This document shows, in pieces, positions 11,975 to 24,140 of a stretch of DNA of 36,921 nucleotides (position 1 is the first letter of the stretch; each line of letters starts with the position of its first letter). A program made the translations under genes and the position numbers. The DNA lies in contig JANMQV010000223.1 of the NCBI GenBank assembly GCA_031370645.1, positions 1 through 36,921 on the forward strand. Reading direction: 5' to 3'. Source of the DNA: Candidatus Eiseniibacteriota bacterium. GTDB lineage: Bacteria > Eisenbacteria > RBG-16-71-46 > SZUA-252. The notes under the pieces are model-generated. The model did not search any database. It worked only from the letters and a program-made list of their open reading frames with translations, and had not been told where the DNA came from.

Positions 11975-12102
11975 TCACCCTCCTCGGTACCCGCCCTCTC
12001 TCCAAGTTGCGTTTGTGCCATCCATAACTCACAGCTCCTATCCGGCTTTGCTTCGCTCGCCTCTCTTCGGTGACGCTTCCGCTGGTGTTACTCTCGCTCC
12101 TC

Positions 12103-14133
12103 ATGCGCCTTGTTCGTGTCGCCGTACCTGTCCCCATTCCTGATCAGGAACATCTCGTCTATGGGTTTCCCGACGACGAGGTGATCGTGGCTGGGCTTCG
12201 CGTGCTTGTTCCGATGCGGGCTCGGCAGGTTTGGGGGACGGTGCTCGGGGCGGAGCCGGCTCGGGCGGAGGCGCCTAAGTACAAGGTCCGGGCGATTTCG
12301 GGGATCCCGGAGCCGCGGCTGGTGCTCAGCGCGGAGATCCTCTCGCTCGCGGCCTGGGTTGCCGATTACTACGCGGCTACGCTTGGCGAGGTGCTGCATG
12401 CGGCGGCGCCTTCACCTACCGGACTGAAGCGCCGGGCCGCTCGCGCGGCGCAGCCTACGGAAGAGGGGTGGCATGCGGCGCCTCCTCCGGAGCGCGCGGC
12501 GCTGAATGACGAACAGACGGCGGCGCTGGTAGCGATAGAAACGGGGATCGCCTCGCAGGCCTTCGCGCCGTTCCTCCTTCATGGCGTTACCGGTAGCGGG
12601 AAGACGGCGGTTTATCTGCATGCGGCGCGCGCGGCCATCGCTGCCGGCGGCCAAGCGCTCATCCTTGTTCCGGAGATCGCGCTCTCGCCTCAGGCGCTCG
12701 ACGCGTTTCGTCGCGCCGGATTCGAGCGCCTTGCTGTCTATCACAGCGGGCTTCTTCCTCGAGAACGCGCGGATGTTTGGCGCGGCGTCGCCGACGGCAC
12801 GATCGACCTCGTCGTCGGGACGCGCTCGGCTGTCTTCCTTCCGTTCCCGAATCTTCGCCTCACGGTCGTCGATGAAGAACAAGACGGCGCCTACAAGCAG
12901 GACGAGTCACCTCGGTACCAAGCGCGCGACGTGGCGCTCGTTCGCGCGCAGCGGGCTGGCCGCGCCGTGCTCCTCGCAACGGCGACGCCAAGTCTCGAGA
13001 GTTACTCGCAGGCCGCGCGCGGCGCCTACCAGCTCCTGACGCTTCACAACCGCGTCGACGGCCGGCCGATGGCGACCGTAAGACTCGCCGATCTCCGCGG
13101 TGCATCGAAGCCTGCGGCCATCGATCGCTCCGGCTCTCGCTTCCTCACCCAAGCCCTGAGCGACGCCATCACGCGCACGCTCGAGCGCGGGGAGCAGGGG
13201 ATTCTCTTCCTCAACCGCCGCGGGCACTCGACCTACCTTCAGTGCCGCGGCTGCGGGCATGTGGCGAAGTGCGACCGTTGCGACGTTCCCTACACCGTCC
13301 ACTCCGACGAGAACATCCTCCGCTGCCACTACTGCGGCGTGCGGCGGAAAGTCCCTCAGGCGTGCGGCGAATGTCACGCCGCGGATCTTTGGTTCGGCGG
13401 GCTCGGCATTCAGAAAGTCGAACGCGAGATGGAGCGGCTCTTCCCGAAGGCGCGCCTCGCGCGGCTCGACCTCGACTCGGTGCGGAAGCGCGGTTCCGCC
13501 GCATCCATCCTTCAAGCCTTCCGCAAGCGCGAGACCGATCTTCTCCTCGGCACCCAAATGGTGACGAAGGGATTCGACTTTCCCGGCGTGACGTTGGTCG
13601 GCGTCATCGTGGCCGATCTCTCGCTCTACCTTCCCGATTTCCGGGCGGCGGAGCGGACCTTCCAACTGCTCACACAGGTGGCGGGACGTGCCGGCCGCGG
13701 CGACATGCCCGGTGAGGTGATCATGCAGTCGTACGATCCGGAGCATCCCGCGCTCCAGGCGGCGGCCGCGCAGGACTACGCCGCCTTCTTTGCGAAGGAG
13801 GCGGAAGAGCGGAAGGAACTTCACTACCCTCCCTACGGTCGCCTGGTCGAGATCGAACTTCGCGGAAAGAAGTCGGACCGGGTGCAGGCACTCGGTGATG
13901 CCATCCGACGGATCGTGACCAAAGCCGCCGGCGACCGCACCGTCGAGATCCTCGGCCCGACCCCGAAACCGCTCGCTAGGCTCAAGGGGGAAGAGCGCTG
14001 GCACCTGCTATTAAGGAGCGCCTCCCGGACGGCCCTCCGCCAGACGCTGGCGGCCGCCCTCCCCAGGCTCCGCGACCTGCGCCACCCGGGCACACGCTGG
14101 GCGGTCGACGTGGACCCCTACCAGTTGCTGTAA
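12103..14133 (+). CDS. priA: Primosomal protein N' (replication restart helicase)
   Basis: GVTGSGKT, LVPEIAL, VGTRSA, DEEQD, four CxxC zinc pairs, GTQMVTKGFDF, QVAGRAGR, DVDP C-terminus. ATG at 12103 (MRLVRVAVP) chosen as start. Confidence 0.97.
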   Translation: MRLVRVAVPVPIPDQEHLVYGFPDDEVIVAGLRVLVPMRARQVWGTVLGAEPARAEAPKYKVRAISGIPEPRLVLSAEILSLAAWVADYYAATLGEVLHAAAPSPTGLKRRAARAAQPTEEGWHAAPPPERAALNDEQTAALVAIETGIASQAFAPFLLHGVTGSGKTAVYLHAARAAIAAGGQALILVPEIALSPQALDAFRRAGFERLAVYHSGLLPRERADVWRGVADGTIDLVVGTRSAVFLPFPNLRLTVVDEEQDGAYKQDESPRYQARDVALVRAQRAGRAVLLATATPSLESYSQAARGAYQLLTLHNRVDGRPMATVRLADLRGASKPAAIDRSGSRFLTQALSDAITRTLERGEQGILFLNRRGHSTYLQCRGCGHVAKCDRCDVPYTVHSDENILRCHYCGVRRKVPQACGECHAADLWFGGLGIQKVEREMERLFPKARLARLDLDSVRKRGSAASILQAFRKRETDLLLGTQMVTKGFDFPGVTLVGVIVADLSLYLPDFRAAERTFQLLTQVAGRAGRGDMPGEVIMQSYDPEHPALQAAAAQDYAAFFAKEAEERKELHYPPYGRLVEIELRGKKSDRVQALGDAIRRIVTKAAGDRTVEILGPTPKPLARLKGEERWHLLLRSASRTALRQTLAAALPRLRDLRHPGTRWAVDVDPYQLL

Positions 14134-14193
14134 ACCACACAAAAATAGCCACTTACGCCAGAGCAAGGCCCCAAGCACCCACCCCGAATGCCC

Positions 14194-14222
14194 TTGACAG
14201 GGGGACCCCCGGGGGATTGAAT
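14194..14222 (+). promoter_or_regulatory. Putative sigma70 promoter for TPR protein gene
   Basis: TTGACA-N17-TTGAAT. Confidence 0.55.
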
Positions 14223-14280
14223 CGCACAGAATTGGAACGGGGCGCCCCAACCCCGTGTTTCTCTTTGCATGGAGGATCGA

Positions 14281-15924
14281 ATGCTAAGGATTCGTCAGCG
14301 CGTCGCGCGAGTCGGCACGGCCGTCGCGGCTGTTGTGGTGGTGGTCAGCATGCTCGCCCCGACGGCGATGGCAGGCCTTTGCTTCACGAGCGGTAAGGTT
14401 TACGTGCAGCAGAAGGTCTACGACAAGGCCACGCGCTTCCTCGAATGCGCCCGCCGCGAAGAGCCGGACAATCTCCAGCTCTACGCGCTCCTCGCGTATT
14501 CCCGCAACCAACTGCGCCAGTATCGCGCCGCGGGAGCCGTCTTCGAGATCGGCATTCAGAAGTCGACCGCGAAAAATGACGACAAGCGGGTCAAGGAACT
14601 GAAGCAGAGCCGCGATGCCGCACTCGTTGGCCTCTACAACAAGGGCATCGCCGCGATGGGTCGCGCCGGGCAGGTCGTTTCCGCGACCGAGCGGACCATC
14701 GACGATAGAACGCCGCAGGCGAAGCTGGAGAAGGAAAAGGGTTCGCCCGGAGACTTCGCCCGCTGGACCGAGGGCGGCTCCGCGCACGAAGTTTGGTATT
14801 ACCCCAAGGAAGGCATGTCGTACTACTTCTCGCCCACGGGCGAAGAGCCGATGGCCATGCCGATCAAGCCGTTCGCGCTCGGCGGCGACCTGCAGGCCGC
14901 GGCGCTCGACTCGACGGTGTACGGCGAGTACGAGGGCGGCTCGAAGATGCTCGACGCCCTCTACAATTTCGAACTCTCGGCACTCATCGATCCGACCTCG
15001 GTCGACGTCTTCAAGAATCTCTCTTATCTCTACGAGCTCGTCGGACGCGTGGACGACGCTATCGCCGCCGCGCGCATCGGCCTGAATCTCAAGCCGGGCG
15101 ACGAGATGCTCATTCGGAACATGAAGGTCGCGGCCGGCGGCCGCGGCAACCGCCTCTACAATGCGGGCAAATTCAAGGAAGCGCCCGCCGCCTATTGGGC
15201 GGCCATTCAGGTCGACCCGGCGAACCATTTCATCTACCTATCGCGCATCGCGGAATCGTGGCTTCAGTATGCCGACCCGCTCCCGAAGGGAGCCGATCGG
15301 TCGGCCGCGTTCGACAGCGCGGCGGCGGATTTCCAGGTCCTCTTCGCCTCGGCCCCGCCCGACTCTCAGACGATGCGCGAAAACGCCATCTTCAACGTGG
15401 CCGTCATCGCGACGAAGGTCGAGAACATGAAGGCGGCTCAGGCCGCGCTTGACGAAGGGCTCAAGACCTTCCCGTCGAACCTCGACATCCTCGGCCTGGC
15501 CGGCCAGGTGCGCTACCAGGCGGCGGACTACAACGGTTCGGTCGCCGCGCTCCGGAAGGCGGTGGAACTGAATGCCCGCGAGGCGTCCTACCACCAGTTC
15601 CTCTTCCTCTCGTACCTGAAGCTTCAGAAAAAGGACGAGTCGGCGGCCGAGTACGCCATGTACAAGGCGCTCGGGGAGGGGAAACAGCGGAAGGGATCTC
15701 AGGTAAAGATCTGGGTCGATACGGCCGATAAACGTCTGGGGCCCGGAAATCAGGCCACCCCGGTCTTCAAGGCCGAGGCCTATCCCGACGAGATCTTTAC
15801 GTACAGCGAAGACGGCAAGACCTTCGAGAGCTGGTTCTACTGGAAGAAGGGGAAGTCCTTCACGTTCATGGAAGGGCAGACCTTCTCGAAGGGAATCTTC
15901 CCGGCTCAGGCAGCCGCCGACTAA
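14281..15924 (+). CDS. Exported tetratricopeptide-repeat protein
   Basis: GGAGGA SD before ATG 14281; Sec-type signal (basic N-region, AVAAVVVVVSML, AMA cleavage site); multiple TPR-like helical repeats. Confidence 0.85.
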   Translation: MLRIRQRVARVGTAVAAVVVVVSMLAPTAMAGLCFTSGKVYVQQKVYDKATRFLECARREEPDNLQLYALLAYSRNQLRQYRAAGAVFEIGIQKSTAKNDDKRVKELKQSRDAALVGLYNKGIAAMGRAGQVVSATERTIDDRTPQAKLEKEKGSPGDFARWTEGGSAHEVWYYPKEGMSYYFSPTGEEPMAMPIKPFALGGDLQAAALDSTVYGEYEGGSKMLDALYNFELSALIDPTSVDVFKNLSYLYELVGRVDDAIAAARIGLNLKPGDEMLIRNMKVAAGGRGNRLYNAGKFKEAPAAYWAAIQVDPANHFIYLSRIAESWLQYADPLPKGADRSAAFDSAAADFQVLFASAPPDSQTMRENAIFNVAVIATKVENMKAAQAALDEGLKTFPSNLDILGLAGQVRYQAADYNGSVAALRKAVELNAREASYHQFLFLSYLKLQKKDESAAEYAMYKALGEGKQRKGSQVKIWVDTADKRLGPGNQATPVFKAEAYPDEIFTYSEDGKTFESWFYWKKGKSFTFMEGQTFSKGIFPAQAAAD

Positions 15925-15931
15925 GAACAAG

Positions 15932-15966
15932 CCCCTGGACCGCGGTTTCGGGCCGCGGTCCAGGGG
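15932..15966. terminator. GC-rich hairpin, probable terminator (possibly bidirectional)
   Basis: Perfect 14-bp stem CCCCTGGACCGCGG / CCGCGGTCCAGGGG just after the TPR gene stop; U-tracts are weak. Confidence 0.7.
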
Positions 15967-15968
15967 GC

Positions 15969-15997
15969 TTGACAGCCCGACCCAGGTCGGATACATT
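15969..15997 (+). promoter_or_regulatory. sigma70 promoter of rho operon
   Basis: TTGACA-N17-TACATT. Confidence 0.75.
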
Positions 15998-16164
15998 GGC
16001 AGCGTTGAACCAGCCCTAAAGCTCGCCGGTAAGGGACCCCAACGGTAGCCCATCGCGAACGCCCCCCAACCGGGCCGCGAACCCCGAGCCAGAACTCACC
16101 GGAACCATCGAACCCTTCGAAACGACTTCATCCCCCTTAGAGGACCGCCGTTCGGCCCAATACC

Positions 16165-17562
<1,398 letters not shown>

Positions 17563-17591
17563 CGCTTCACCAACCCGATCCGGAGTCAGCG

Positions 17592-17816
<225 letters not shown>

Positions 17817-17852
17817 GCCGCCCGGCGGAATTCTTCCTCGCTCCCACAACCG

Positions 17853-18731
17853 ATGCCCGACCGCTACTCGCCCGTTGGGGGGCAGGCCGTCATCGAAGGC
17901 GTGATGATGCGCTCGCCCCACAAGGTGGCCACGGCTGTCCGCTTGGCGGACGGCACCATTCAGGTCGAGACGCGCGACTACATGTCGCTCTCGCGCCGCT
18001 ATCCGATTCTGGGCCTCCCGATCCTCCGCGGCGCCATCGTCCTCGTCGAGTCGCTTCGGATCGGCGTGGGCGCCCTCTCCTATTCGGCCGACGCGGCCGT
18101 CCGCTCCGAGGGGGAGAAGCCGGAGAAGGAACGCCGCTACGGCACGCTGGGGCTCGGCATGGGCGTCACCGTCCTCTTCTCCTTCATCGTCGGCTTCGGC
18201 GTCTTCTTCTGGCTCCCGCTCAAACTGACCGACATGACCGGCGTGAAGGATCCGTTTCTCTATAACCTGATCGACGGTCTCATCCGCCTCGGCTTCTTCC
18301 TCATCTACATCTTCGGCATCGGCCTCTGGGGCGAGATGCGGCGCGTCTTCCAGTACCACGGCGCCGAGCACAAGACGATCCACAATCTGGAATCGGGCCT
18401 CGATCTCACGCCCGAGAACGCCGGCGTGCAGAGCCGCTACCATCCGCGCTGCGGGACGTCGTTCCTGTTCCTCGTCGTGATCGTCAGTTTCATCGTCTTT
18501 GCGTTCTTCGGGCGCCCCGACACGCTGATCGACCGCCTCATTCGGTTCGCGCTCATCCCCGTCATCGCCGGCCTCTCCTTCGAGATCATCCGCTTCGCCG
18601 GCGCCCACTACGATAAGCCGTGGGTCCGCTGGATGAGCGAGCCGGGCCTCCAGCTGCAGCGCCTCACGACGCGCGAACCGTCCCGCGACATGTTGGAAGT
18701 CGCGATCGCGGCCCTTCGCGCGGTCCTCTAA
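17853..18731 (+). CDS. DUF1385-family membrane protein
   Basis: [38 protein letters not shown] motifs; customary position between rpmE and prfA/prmC. Confidence 0.92.
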   Translation: MPDRYSPVGGQAVIEGVMMRSPHKVATAVRLADGTIQVETRDYMSLSRRYPILGLPILRGAIVLVESLRIGVGALSYSADAAVRSEGEKPEKERRYGTLGLGMGVTVLFSFIVGFGVFFWLPLKLTDMTGVKDPFLYNLIDGLIRLGFFLIYIFGIGLWGEMRRVFQYHGAEHKTIHNLESGLDLTPENAGVQSRYHPRCGTSFLFLVVIVSFIVFAFFGRPDTLIDRLIRFALIPVIAGLSFEIIRFAGAHYDKPWVRWMSEPGLQLQRLTTREPSRDMLEVAIAALRAVL

Positions 18732-18743
18732 CTCCCGCCTCCC

Positions 18744-19832
18744 GTGCGCGACGCGCTCGAGAAGGCGAAGACCCGCTTCGCCGACCTGACCCGCCAGTTG
18801 GAGGATCCGAACCTCCATTCGAATCCGGCCGAGATGCGCCGCATTTCGAAGGAGCGGAGCGACCTCGTCGACCTCGTTACGGCCACTCGTCGCTATGACG
18901 ACGTGCTTCGAGGAATCGAGGACGACCACGCCCTCCTGAAGTCCGAGAAGGATCCGGAGCTCCTCGCGATGGCGAAGACGGAGTTGGAGGAGTTGGAGGC
19001 CGAGCGCGCGAAACTGGAGATCGAGCTCCCGCGCCTTCTCCTGCCGCCCGATCCGCTCGACCAGCGAAACGTCATTCTCGAAATTCGCGCGGGGGTAGGC
19101 GGCGACGAGGCGGGGCTATTCACGGGCGAAATCCAGCGGATGTACACGAAGTACGCCGAGCGCCACCGCTGGCGCGTCGAATTGATGGAAATCAGCGCGA
19201 CGGGCGGCATGGGGGGCGTGAAGGAAGCGATCCTCATGATCCACGGTGAAGGCGCCTACAGCCGCTTCAAGTACGAGAGCGGCGTTCATCGCGTGCAGCG
19301 CGTCCCCGACACCGAGGCGAGCGGGCGCATTCACACCTCCGCCGTGACCGTGGCGGTGCTTCCCGAAGCGGAGGAAGTCGACGTGGAGATCAAGCAGAGC
19401 GATCTTCTGATCGATGTCTTTCGCGCCGGCGGCCCGGGAGGGCAGAGCGTCAATACGGCGGACTCCGCTGTGCGAATCCGCCATTTGCCGACCGGCGTCG
19501 TCGTCCAATGCCAGGACGAGCGCTCGCAGTTGAAGAACAAGAACAAGGCGATGAAGGTGCTCCGCGCCAGGCTCCTCGATCTTCAGCGCCAGGAGCAGGA
19601 GCGGAAACTCGCCGCCTTCCGGAAATCGCAGGTTTCGACCGGCGACCGGAGCGCCAAGATCCGCACTTACAATTTTCCGCAGGGCCGCGTCACCGATCAC
19701 CGGATCGGGCTCACCCTCTACCGGCTTCAAGAAGTGATGGAAGGCGATCTCGACGAGGTCGTGGACGCCCTCTTCAACGCGGAGCAGGCCGAGCGGCTTG
19801 CCGCGAGCGGGGTCGCGGGAGCCACCGCATGA
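18744..19832 (+). CDS. prfA: Peptide chain release factor 1
   Basis: GGQ motif, RVPDTE (PxT RF1 anticodon-mimic), [23 protein letters not shown]. Confidence 0.98.
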   Translation: MRDALEKAKTRFADLTRQLEDPNLHSNPAEMRRISKERSDLVDLVTATRRYDDVLRGIEDDHALLKSEKDPELLAMAKTELEELEAERAKLEIELPRLLLPPDPLDQRNVILEIRAGVGGDEAGLFTGEIQRMYTKYAERHRWRVELMEISATGGMGGVKEAILMIHGEGAYSRFKYESGVHRVQRVPDTEASGRIHTSAVTVAVLPEAEEVDVEIKQSDLLIDVFRAGGPGGQSVNTADSAVRIRHLPTGVVVQCQDERSQLKNKNKAMKVLRARLLDLQRQEQERKLAAFRKSQVSTGDRSAKIRTYNFPQGRVTDHRIGLTLYRLQEVMEGDLDEVVDALFNAEQAERLAASGVAGATA

Positions 19833-20758
19833 CCGCGCTCGTGGACGGAACGCGAGCGGCGGTCTTGGCCGCGCTTCGCGACCGTCTGGAGCGCGCCGGC
19901 ATCGAAAGCGCCGCCTCCGAAGCCGAGACGCTGCTTCTCCACGCGCTCGGAATTTCCAGAACTGAGTTTTGGTGCGAACCCGCCGCGGCACTCACCGCGG
20001 CCAAACTGGCGACGCTCGAATCGCTCGCCGCGCGGCGCGAAAGGCGCGAGCCGCTCCAGCAGTTGATCGGCACGGTCGGATTTCACGACGTCACCCTGGA
20101 AATGGCTCCGGGGGTATTCATCCCTCGGCCGGAGACGGAGACGCTCGTCGCATCCGTCCTCGAGGCGCTCGGTCCCGCCGCCACAGCAGGGGGACGCCTC
20201 CTCGACCTCGGCTCGGGCAGCGGTGCGGTCTCGGTGGCGCTCCTTGCTGCCCTGCCGCGCTGGACCGGCGTCGCGATCGACCGCTCGCCGGCCGCGCTCG
20301 CCCTTACGGCGAGAAACGCCGTCCGAAACGGACTTGGATCCCGATTCCAGGCGCTGGCAGGCGATTTTCTGGCTCCGGCCACCGGGGGTTCCGCCGCCGC
20401 GACGCCCACCCCGGCCCCTGCCTGGATCTCCACTTCCCCCTCGTACAATCTCGTCGTCTCGAATCCACCCTACATTCCCACCGGGGCCCTGGCCGGGCTG
20501 ATGCCCGAGGTCCGGGACCACGACCCCCGGGCGGCCCTCGACGGGGGGCCGGACGGCCTCGATGCCTACCGCGCCATCGCGCGGCTCCTCCCCACTCTTC
20601 TTCGCCCGGAAGGCCTTCTGGCGCTGGAGATAGGGGATGATCAGGCCGATGCTATCTTGGGTATCATGGGGCCGGGCCTCGAGGCGCCGCGTGTGCGGCA
20701 CGATCTCGCGGGTCGGCCACGAGTTGTTCTTGGAACGTGGAGAGGCGGGGTGGCATGA
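19829..20758 (+). CDS. prmC: Release factor glutamine methyltransferase PrmC/HemK
   Basis: [32 protein letters not shown] overlap with the prfA stop. Confidence 0.96.
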   Translation: MTALVDGTRAAVLAALRDRLERAGIESAASEAETLLLHALGISRTEFWCEPAAALTAAKLATLESLAARRERREPLQQLIGTVGFHDVTLEMAPGVFIPRPETETLVASVLEALGPAATAGGRLLDLGSGSGAVSVALLAALPRWTGVAIDRSPAALALTARNAVRNGLGSRFQALAGDFLAPATGGSAAATPTPAPAWISTSPSYNLVVSNPPYIPTGALAGLMPEVRDHDPRAALDGGPDGLDAYRAIARLLPTLLRPEGLLALEIGDDQADAILGIMGPGLEAPRVRHDLAGRPRVVLGTWRGGVA

Positions 20759-22065
20759 AGCCGAACACCGAAACGGAACGCCACGCGAAAGCCGGGACCA
20801 TCACCATGGACGAGATCTGGATTCAGGGAGGACGCCGCCTCAAGGGCCGCGTCGCCTGCGGCGGCTCCAAGAACGCGACGCTTCCCGTGCTGGCCGCCGC
20901 GATGCTCGCGCCCGGCCGCTATCGCTTCACGAACGTCCCCGATCTCATGGACGTCGCGACGATGGTGAAGATGCTCGGCCGTTTCGGCATCAAGAGTGAG
21001 CGCGCTGAGACGAACACGCTCCTCATCGACACGACGAATCAGCAGAACGCCGAGGCGCCGTACGAACTCGTGAAGACGATGCGCGCCTCGATCTACGTGC
21101 TCGGCCCGCTCCTCGCCCGATACGGCGAAGCGCGCGTTTCGCTCCCGGGCGGATGTGCCTGGGGCCCGCGTCCCGTCGATCTCCACATCAAGGGAATGGA
21201 AGCGCTCGGCGCCGAGATCGAAATCGATCACGGCTATATCGTCGCGCGGGCGCCGCGCGGACTTCGTGGCGGCACGATCTCCTTCGACATCTCCAGCGTC
21301 GGCGCGACGGGGAACATCCTCATGGCGGCCGCGACCGCTTCGGGCCGAACCACGATCGAGAACGCCGCCTGCGAACCCGAGATCGAAGCGCTCGCGAACT
21401 TCCTCGTCACGATGGGCGCCGAGATCGAAGGAATCGGAACCCCGCGGCTGGTCGTGAACGGCGTCCCCGAACTTCGCCCGGCCGACGCGCCGATGATTCC
21501 CGATCGCATCGAAGCAGGCACGCTCCTCGTCGCCGCTGCCATCACGGGTGGCGACGTCGAAGTGACCGGCGTCGATCCCGCGCATCTCGGTGCGGTGATC
21601 AATAAACTGGAAGCGGCCGGCTCCTCGCTCGAGACCTCCGACACCGCGGTGCGACTCCGCGCCCCCGAGCGCCCCGAGGCGATCAGCGTCACGACGAAGC
21701 CGTATCCCGGATTCCCGACCGACATGCAGGCGCAGTTCATGGCGCTCCTCTCCGTCGCGAAGGGTGCCAGCACGATCGCCGACACGGTCTACAATGACCG
21801 CTTCACGCACGTCGCGGAACTCGAGCGCCTCGGCGCCGACATTCGCGTGGAAGGGAATACCGCGTTCGTGCAGGGCGTCGACGGCTTGAGCGGCGCGCCG
21901 GTCATGGCGACCGATCTCCGCGCGTCGGCCGCGCTCATTCTGGCGGGCCTCGTGGCGAGCGGCGAGACGCACGTCTCGCGCGTCTATCACCTCGACCGCG
22001 GCTACGAACGCCTCGAGGCGAAACTCGCCTCGCTTGGCGCTACCGTGCGCCGCGTCCGCCCCTAA
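20755..22065 (+). CDS. murA: UDP-N-acetylglucosamine 1-carboxyvinyltransferase
   Basis: GSKNATLP, MRAS, LPGGCAWGPRPVDLH (catalytic Cys), PGFPTDMQAQ, DLRASAA, HLDRGYE. Alternative start ATG 20806. Confidence 0.98.
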   Translation: MKPNTETERHAKAGTITMDEIWIQGGRRLKGRVACGGSKNATLPVLAAAMLAPGRYRFTNVPDLMDVATMVKMLGRFGIKSERAETNTLLIDTTNQQNAEAPYELVKTMRASIYVLGPLLARYGEARVSLPGGCAWGPRPVDLHIKGMEALGAEIEIDHGYIVARAPRGLRGGTISFDISSVGATGNILMAAATASGRTTIENAACEPEIEALANFLVTMGAEIEGIGTPRLVVNGVPELRPADAPMIPDRIEAGTLLVAAAITGGDVEVTGVDPAHLGAVINKLEAAGSSLETSDTAVRLRAPERPEAISVTTKPYPGFPTDMQAQFMALLSVAKGASTIADTVYNDRFTHVAELERLGADIRVEGNTAFVQGVDGLSGAPVMATDLRASAALILAGLVASGETHVSRVYHLDRGYERLEAKLASLGATVRRVRP

Positions 22066-22083
22066 GGAGAACCTACCGCCGCG

Positions 22084-23988
22084 ATGCGCCCCGTCGTCAT
22101 CGGAACCGCGGGGCACATCGATCACGGCAAGACCGCACTTGTTCGCCGCCTCACCGGCATCGACACCGACCGGCTGAAGGAGGAGCGCGAGCGCGGCATC
22201 TCCATCGACCTCGGTTTCGCGCACCTGGCGCTCCCCTCGGGGCGCCGGGTGGCGATCGTCGACGTGCCGGGTCACGAACGCTTCGTGAAGAACATGCTCG
22301 CGGGCGCCACCGGCATCGACATCGTGCTCCTCGTCGTCGCCGCCGACGAGGGTGTCATGCCGCAGACGCGCGAGCACCTCGCCATCGTCGAACTGCTCGA
22401 CGTTCGTCGCGGCGTCGTCGCCCTCACCAAGTCGGATCTCGTGGCGCCCGAACTGCTCGACGCGGCTCGCGACGAAGTAGCGTCGCTCCTCGCGCCGGGT
22501 CCTCTCGGCGGCGCGCCGATCGTCCCCGTATCGTCCGTCACGGGCGACGGCATCCCCGCACTACTGGCCGCGCTCGAATCGGCCGTGGCGGCACTCCCCG
22601 AACGCGGCGCCGACGGTCCCGCGCGCCTTCCGGTCGATCGCGTCTTCTCCATCGAAGGAATCGGCACCGTCGTGACCGGCACGCTCTGGAGCGGCGCGAT
22701 CCATCCGGGCGACACGCTCGAACTGCTTCCGAATCGCAGGGAGGTACGCGTTCGTCAAGTGGAGGTGCACGACCAGCCGGTGCCGCAGGTGATCGCGGGG
22801 CAGCGAAGTGCCGTGGCCATTCATGGCGTGAATCGCCAGGACGTCTCGCGCGGCGAGTGGCTCGTGACGCCGGGGCGTTTTCTTGCGACTACAGTCGTGG
22901 ACGTGCGGCTTCGCCTTCTCGGCACGGCCGGACGCACCTTCGAGGACCGAACGCGGGTGCGCGTCCACCTGGGCGCGAGCGAGACCCTGGCGCGCGTCGT
23001 GCTGGTGGAAGGGGCGCCGCTCGAGCCGGGGGAGATCGCGCTCGCGCAACTTCGCCTGGAGGAGCCGGTGGTGGCGATCCCCGGCGACCGCCTCGTCCTT
23101 CGCGCCTATTCGCCGGCGGTGACGATCGCGGGAGCGGTGGTGCTCGACGCGCACGCGGAGAAGCGCGCACGCCTGAGCGACGCCGCGCGGCGGCGACTCG
23201 AGACGTTCGAGAAGGGGACGCTCGCCGAGCGGATCATGGTCCTCGCCGCGGAGGCGGAGGGAGCCGGCGTGAAGGCGGCGGATGCGGCGCTTCGCTTCGC
23301 CGTCTCGCCCGAAGCCGCGACGGAAGCGGCGCGCGCCGCGAAAGGGCTTCGCGCACTCCGCGACGGCCGCTACCTGACCGAAGCCGCGTGGAAGGGAACC
23401 GTGGAGCGGATCTCGGCGGCGGTGGCCCGATACGCGGAGACGCACAAACTAAGAGAGGGAATCGGGAAGGGAGAGTTGAAGAGTCTCCTGGCGCGCGACA
23501 TCGATGGGAGCATCTTCGACGAAGCGCTCGATTCGCTGACCGCCGCGAAATCCCTAGCGGTCCGAGGCGACCGGGTCGCCCTGCCCGACGCCGGACCGGT
23601 CTTGACCCCCGACCAGGCGCGCGCCGTCGCCGAGATGGAGCGACGACTCGGGGCGGGGGGCTACTCGGTCCCCGAGGTGCCCGAACTTCTGAAGGGGGTC
23701 GCCCCGGCCCTCAAGCCGCAGGAGCTGCTGCGGTACCTCCTCGAGTCGGGGAGGGTGGTGAAGATCACGGCCGACTTGATCTACCCGACGGAACGCTGGT
23801 CGGAGCTGGAAGCCAAGGTGCGGCAATACTTTTCAGGAAATCCAGATCTCTCCATGGCGGCCTTCAAGGAACTCTTCCAGGTCTCCCGGAAGTACTCGAT
23901 TCCGATCCTCGAACACCTCGACCGGACGGGCCTGACCCGTCGGCAGGGGGACGTCCGCGTGGCCGGGCCGCGCCTCCGGCAGCCGTAG
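22084..23988 (+). CDS. selB: Selenocysteine-specific translation elongation factor SelB
   Basis: [35 protein letters not shown]-terminal winged-helix [21 protein letters not shown]. Confidence 0.96.
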   Translation: MRPVVIGTAGHIDHGKTALVRRLTGIDTDRLKEERERGISIDLGFAHLALPSGRRVAIVDVPGHERFVKNMLAGATGIDIVLLVVAADEGVMPQTREHLAIVELLDVRRGVVALTKSDLVAPELLDAARDEVASLLAPGPLGGAPIVPVSSVTGDGIPALLAALESAVAALPERGADGPARLPVDRVFSIEGIGTVVTGTLWSGAIHPGDTLELLPNRREVRVRQVEVHDQPVPQVIAGQRSAVAIHGVNRQDVSRGEWLVTPGRFLATTVVDVRLRLLGTAGRTFEDRTRVRVHLGASETLARVVLVEGAPLEPGEIALAQLRLEEPVVAIPGDRLVLRAYSPAVTIAGAVVLDAHAEKRARLSDAARRRLETFEKGTLAERIMVLAAEAEGAGVKAADAALRFAVSPEAATEAARAAKGLRALRDGRYLTEAAWKGTVERISAAVARYAETHKLREGIGKGELKSLLARDIDGSIFDEALDSLTAAKSLAVRGDRVALPDAGPVLTPDQARAVAEMERRLGAGGYSVPEVPELLKGVAPALKPQELLRYLLESGRVVKITADLIYPTERWSELEAKVRQYFSGNPDLSMAAFKELFQVSRKYSIPILEHLDRTGLTRRQGDVRVAGPRLRQP

Positions 23989-24010
23989 TCCTCCGGTCGC
24001 GCGCCAGTCG

Positions 24011-24039
24011 TTGAAGCCCAGACCCCAATGTGCTATCCT
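24011..24039 (+). promoter_or_regulatory. sigma70 promoter for the propeptide/TPR-bEBP unit
   Basis: TTGAAG-N17-TATCCT with extended -10 TG (24031-24032). Confidence 0.65.
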
Positions 24040-24140
24040 AACCAACGCACGAAGGGCAGCCGCCCCTCGCGCCCAAACCGCCCGAGGTCGCGTCGTGGTC
24101 GCGATCTCCCTCTGGACCTCCATCAGAAGGTGACGCGGAC

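Noticed and set aside
15998-16140. 6S RNA (contains TTGAACC)
   Set aside because: No long closing stem or central bubble could be built, and the strong C-over-G bias fits an unstructured rho leader better.
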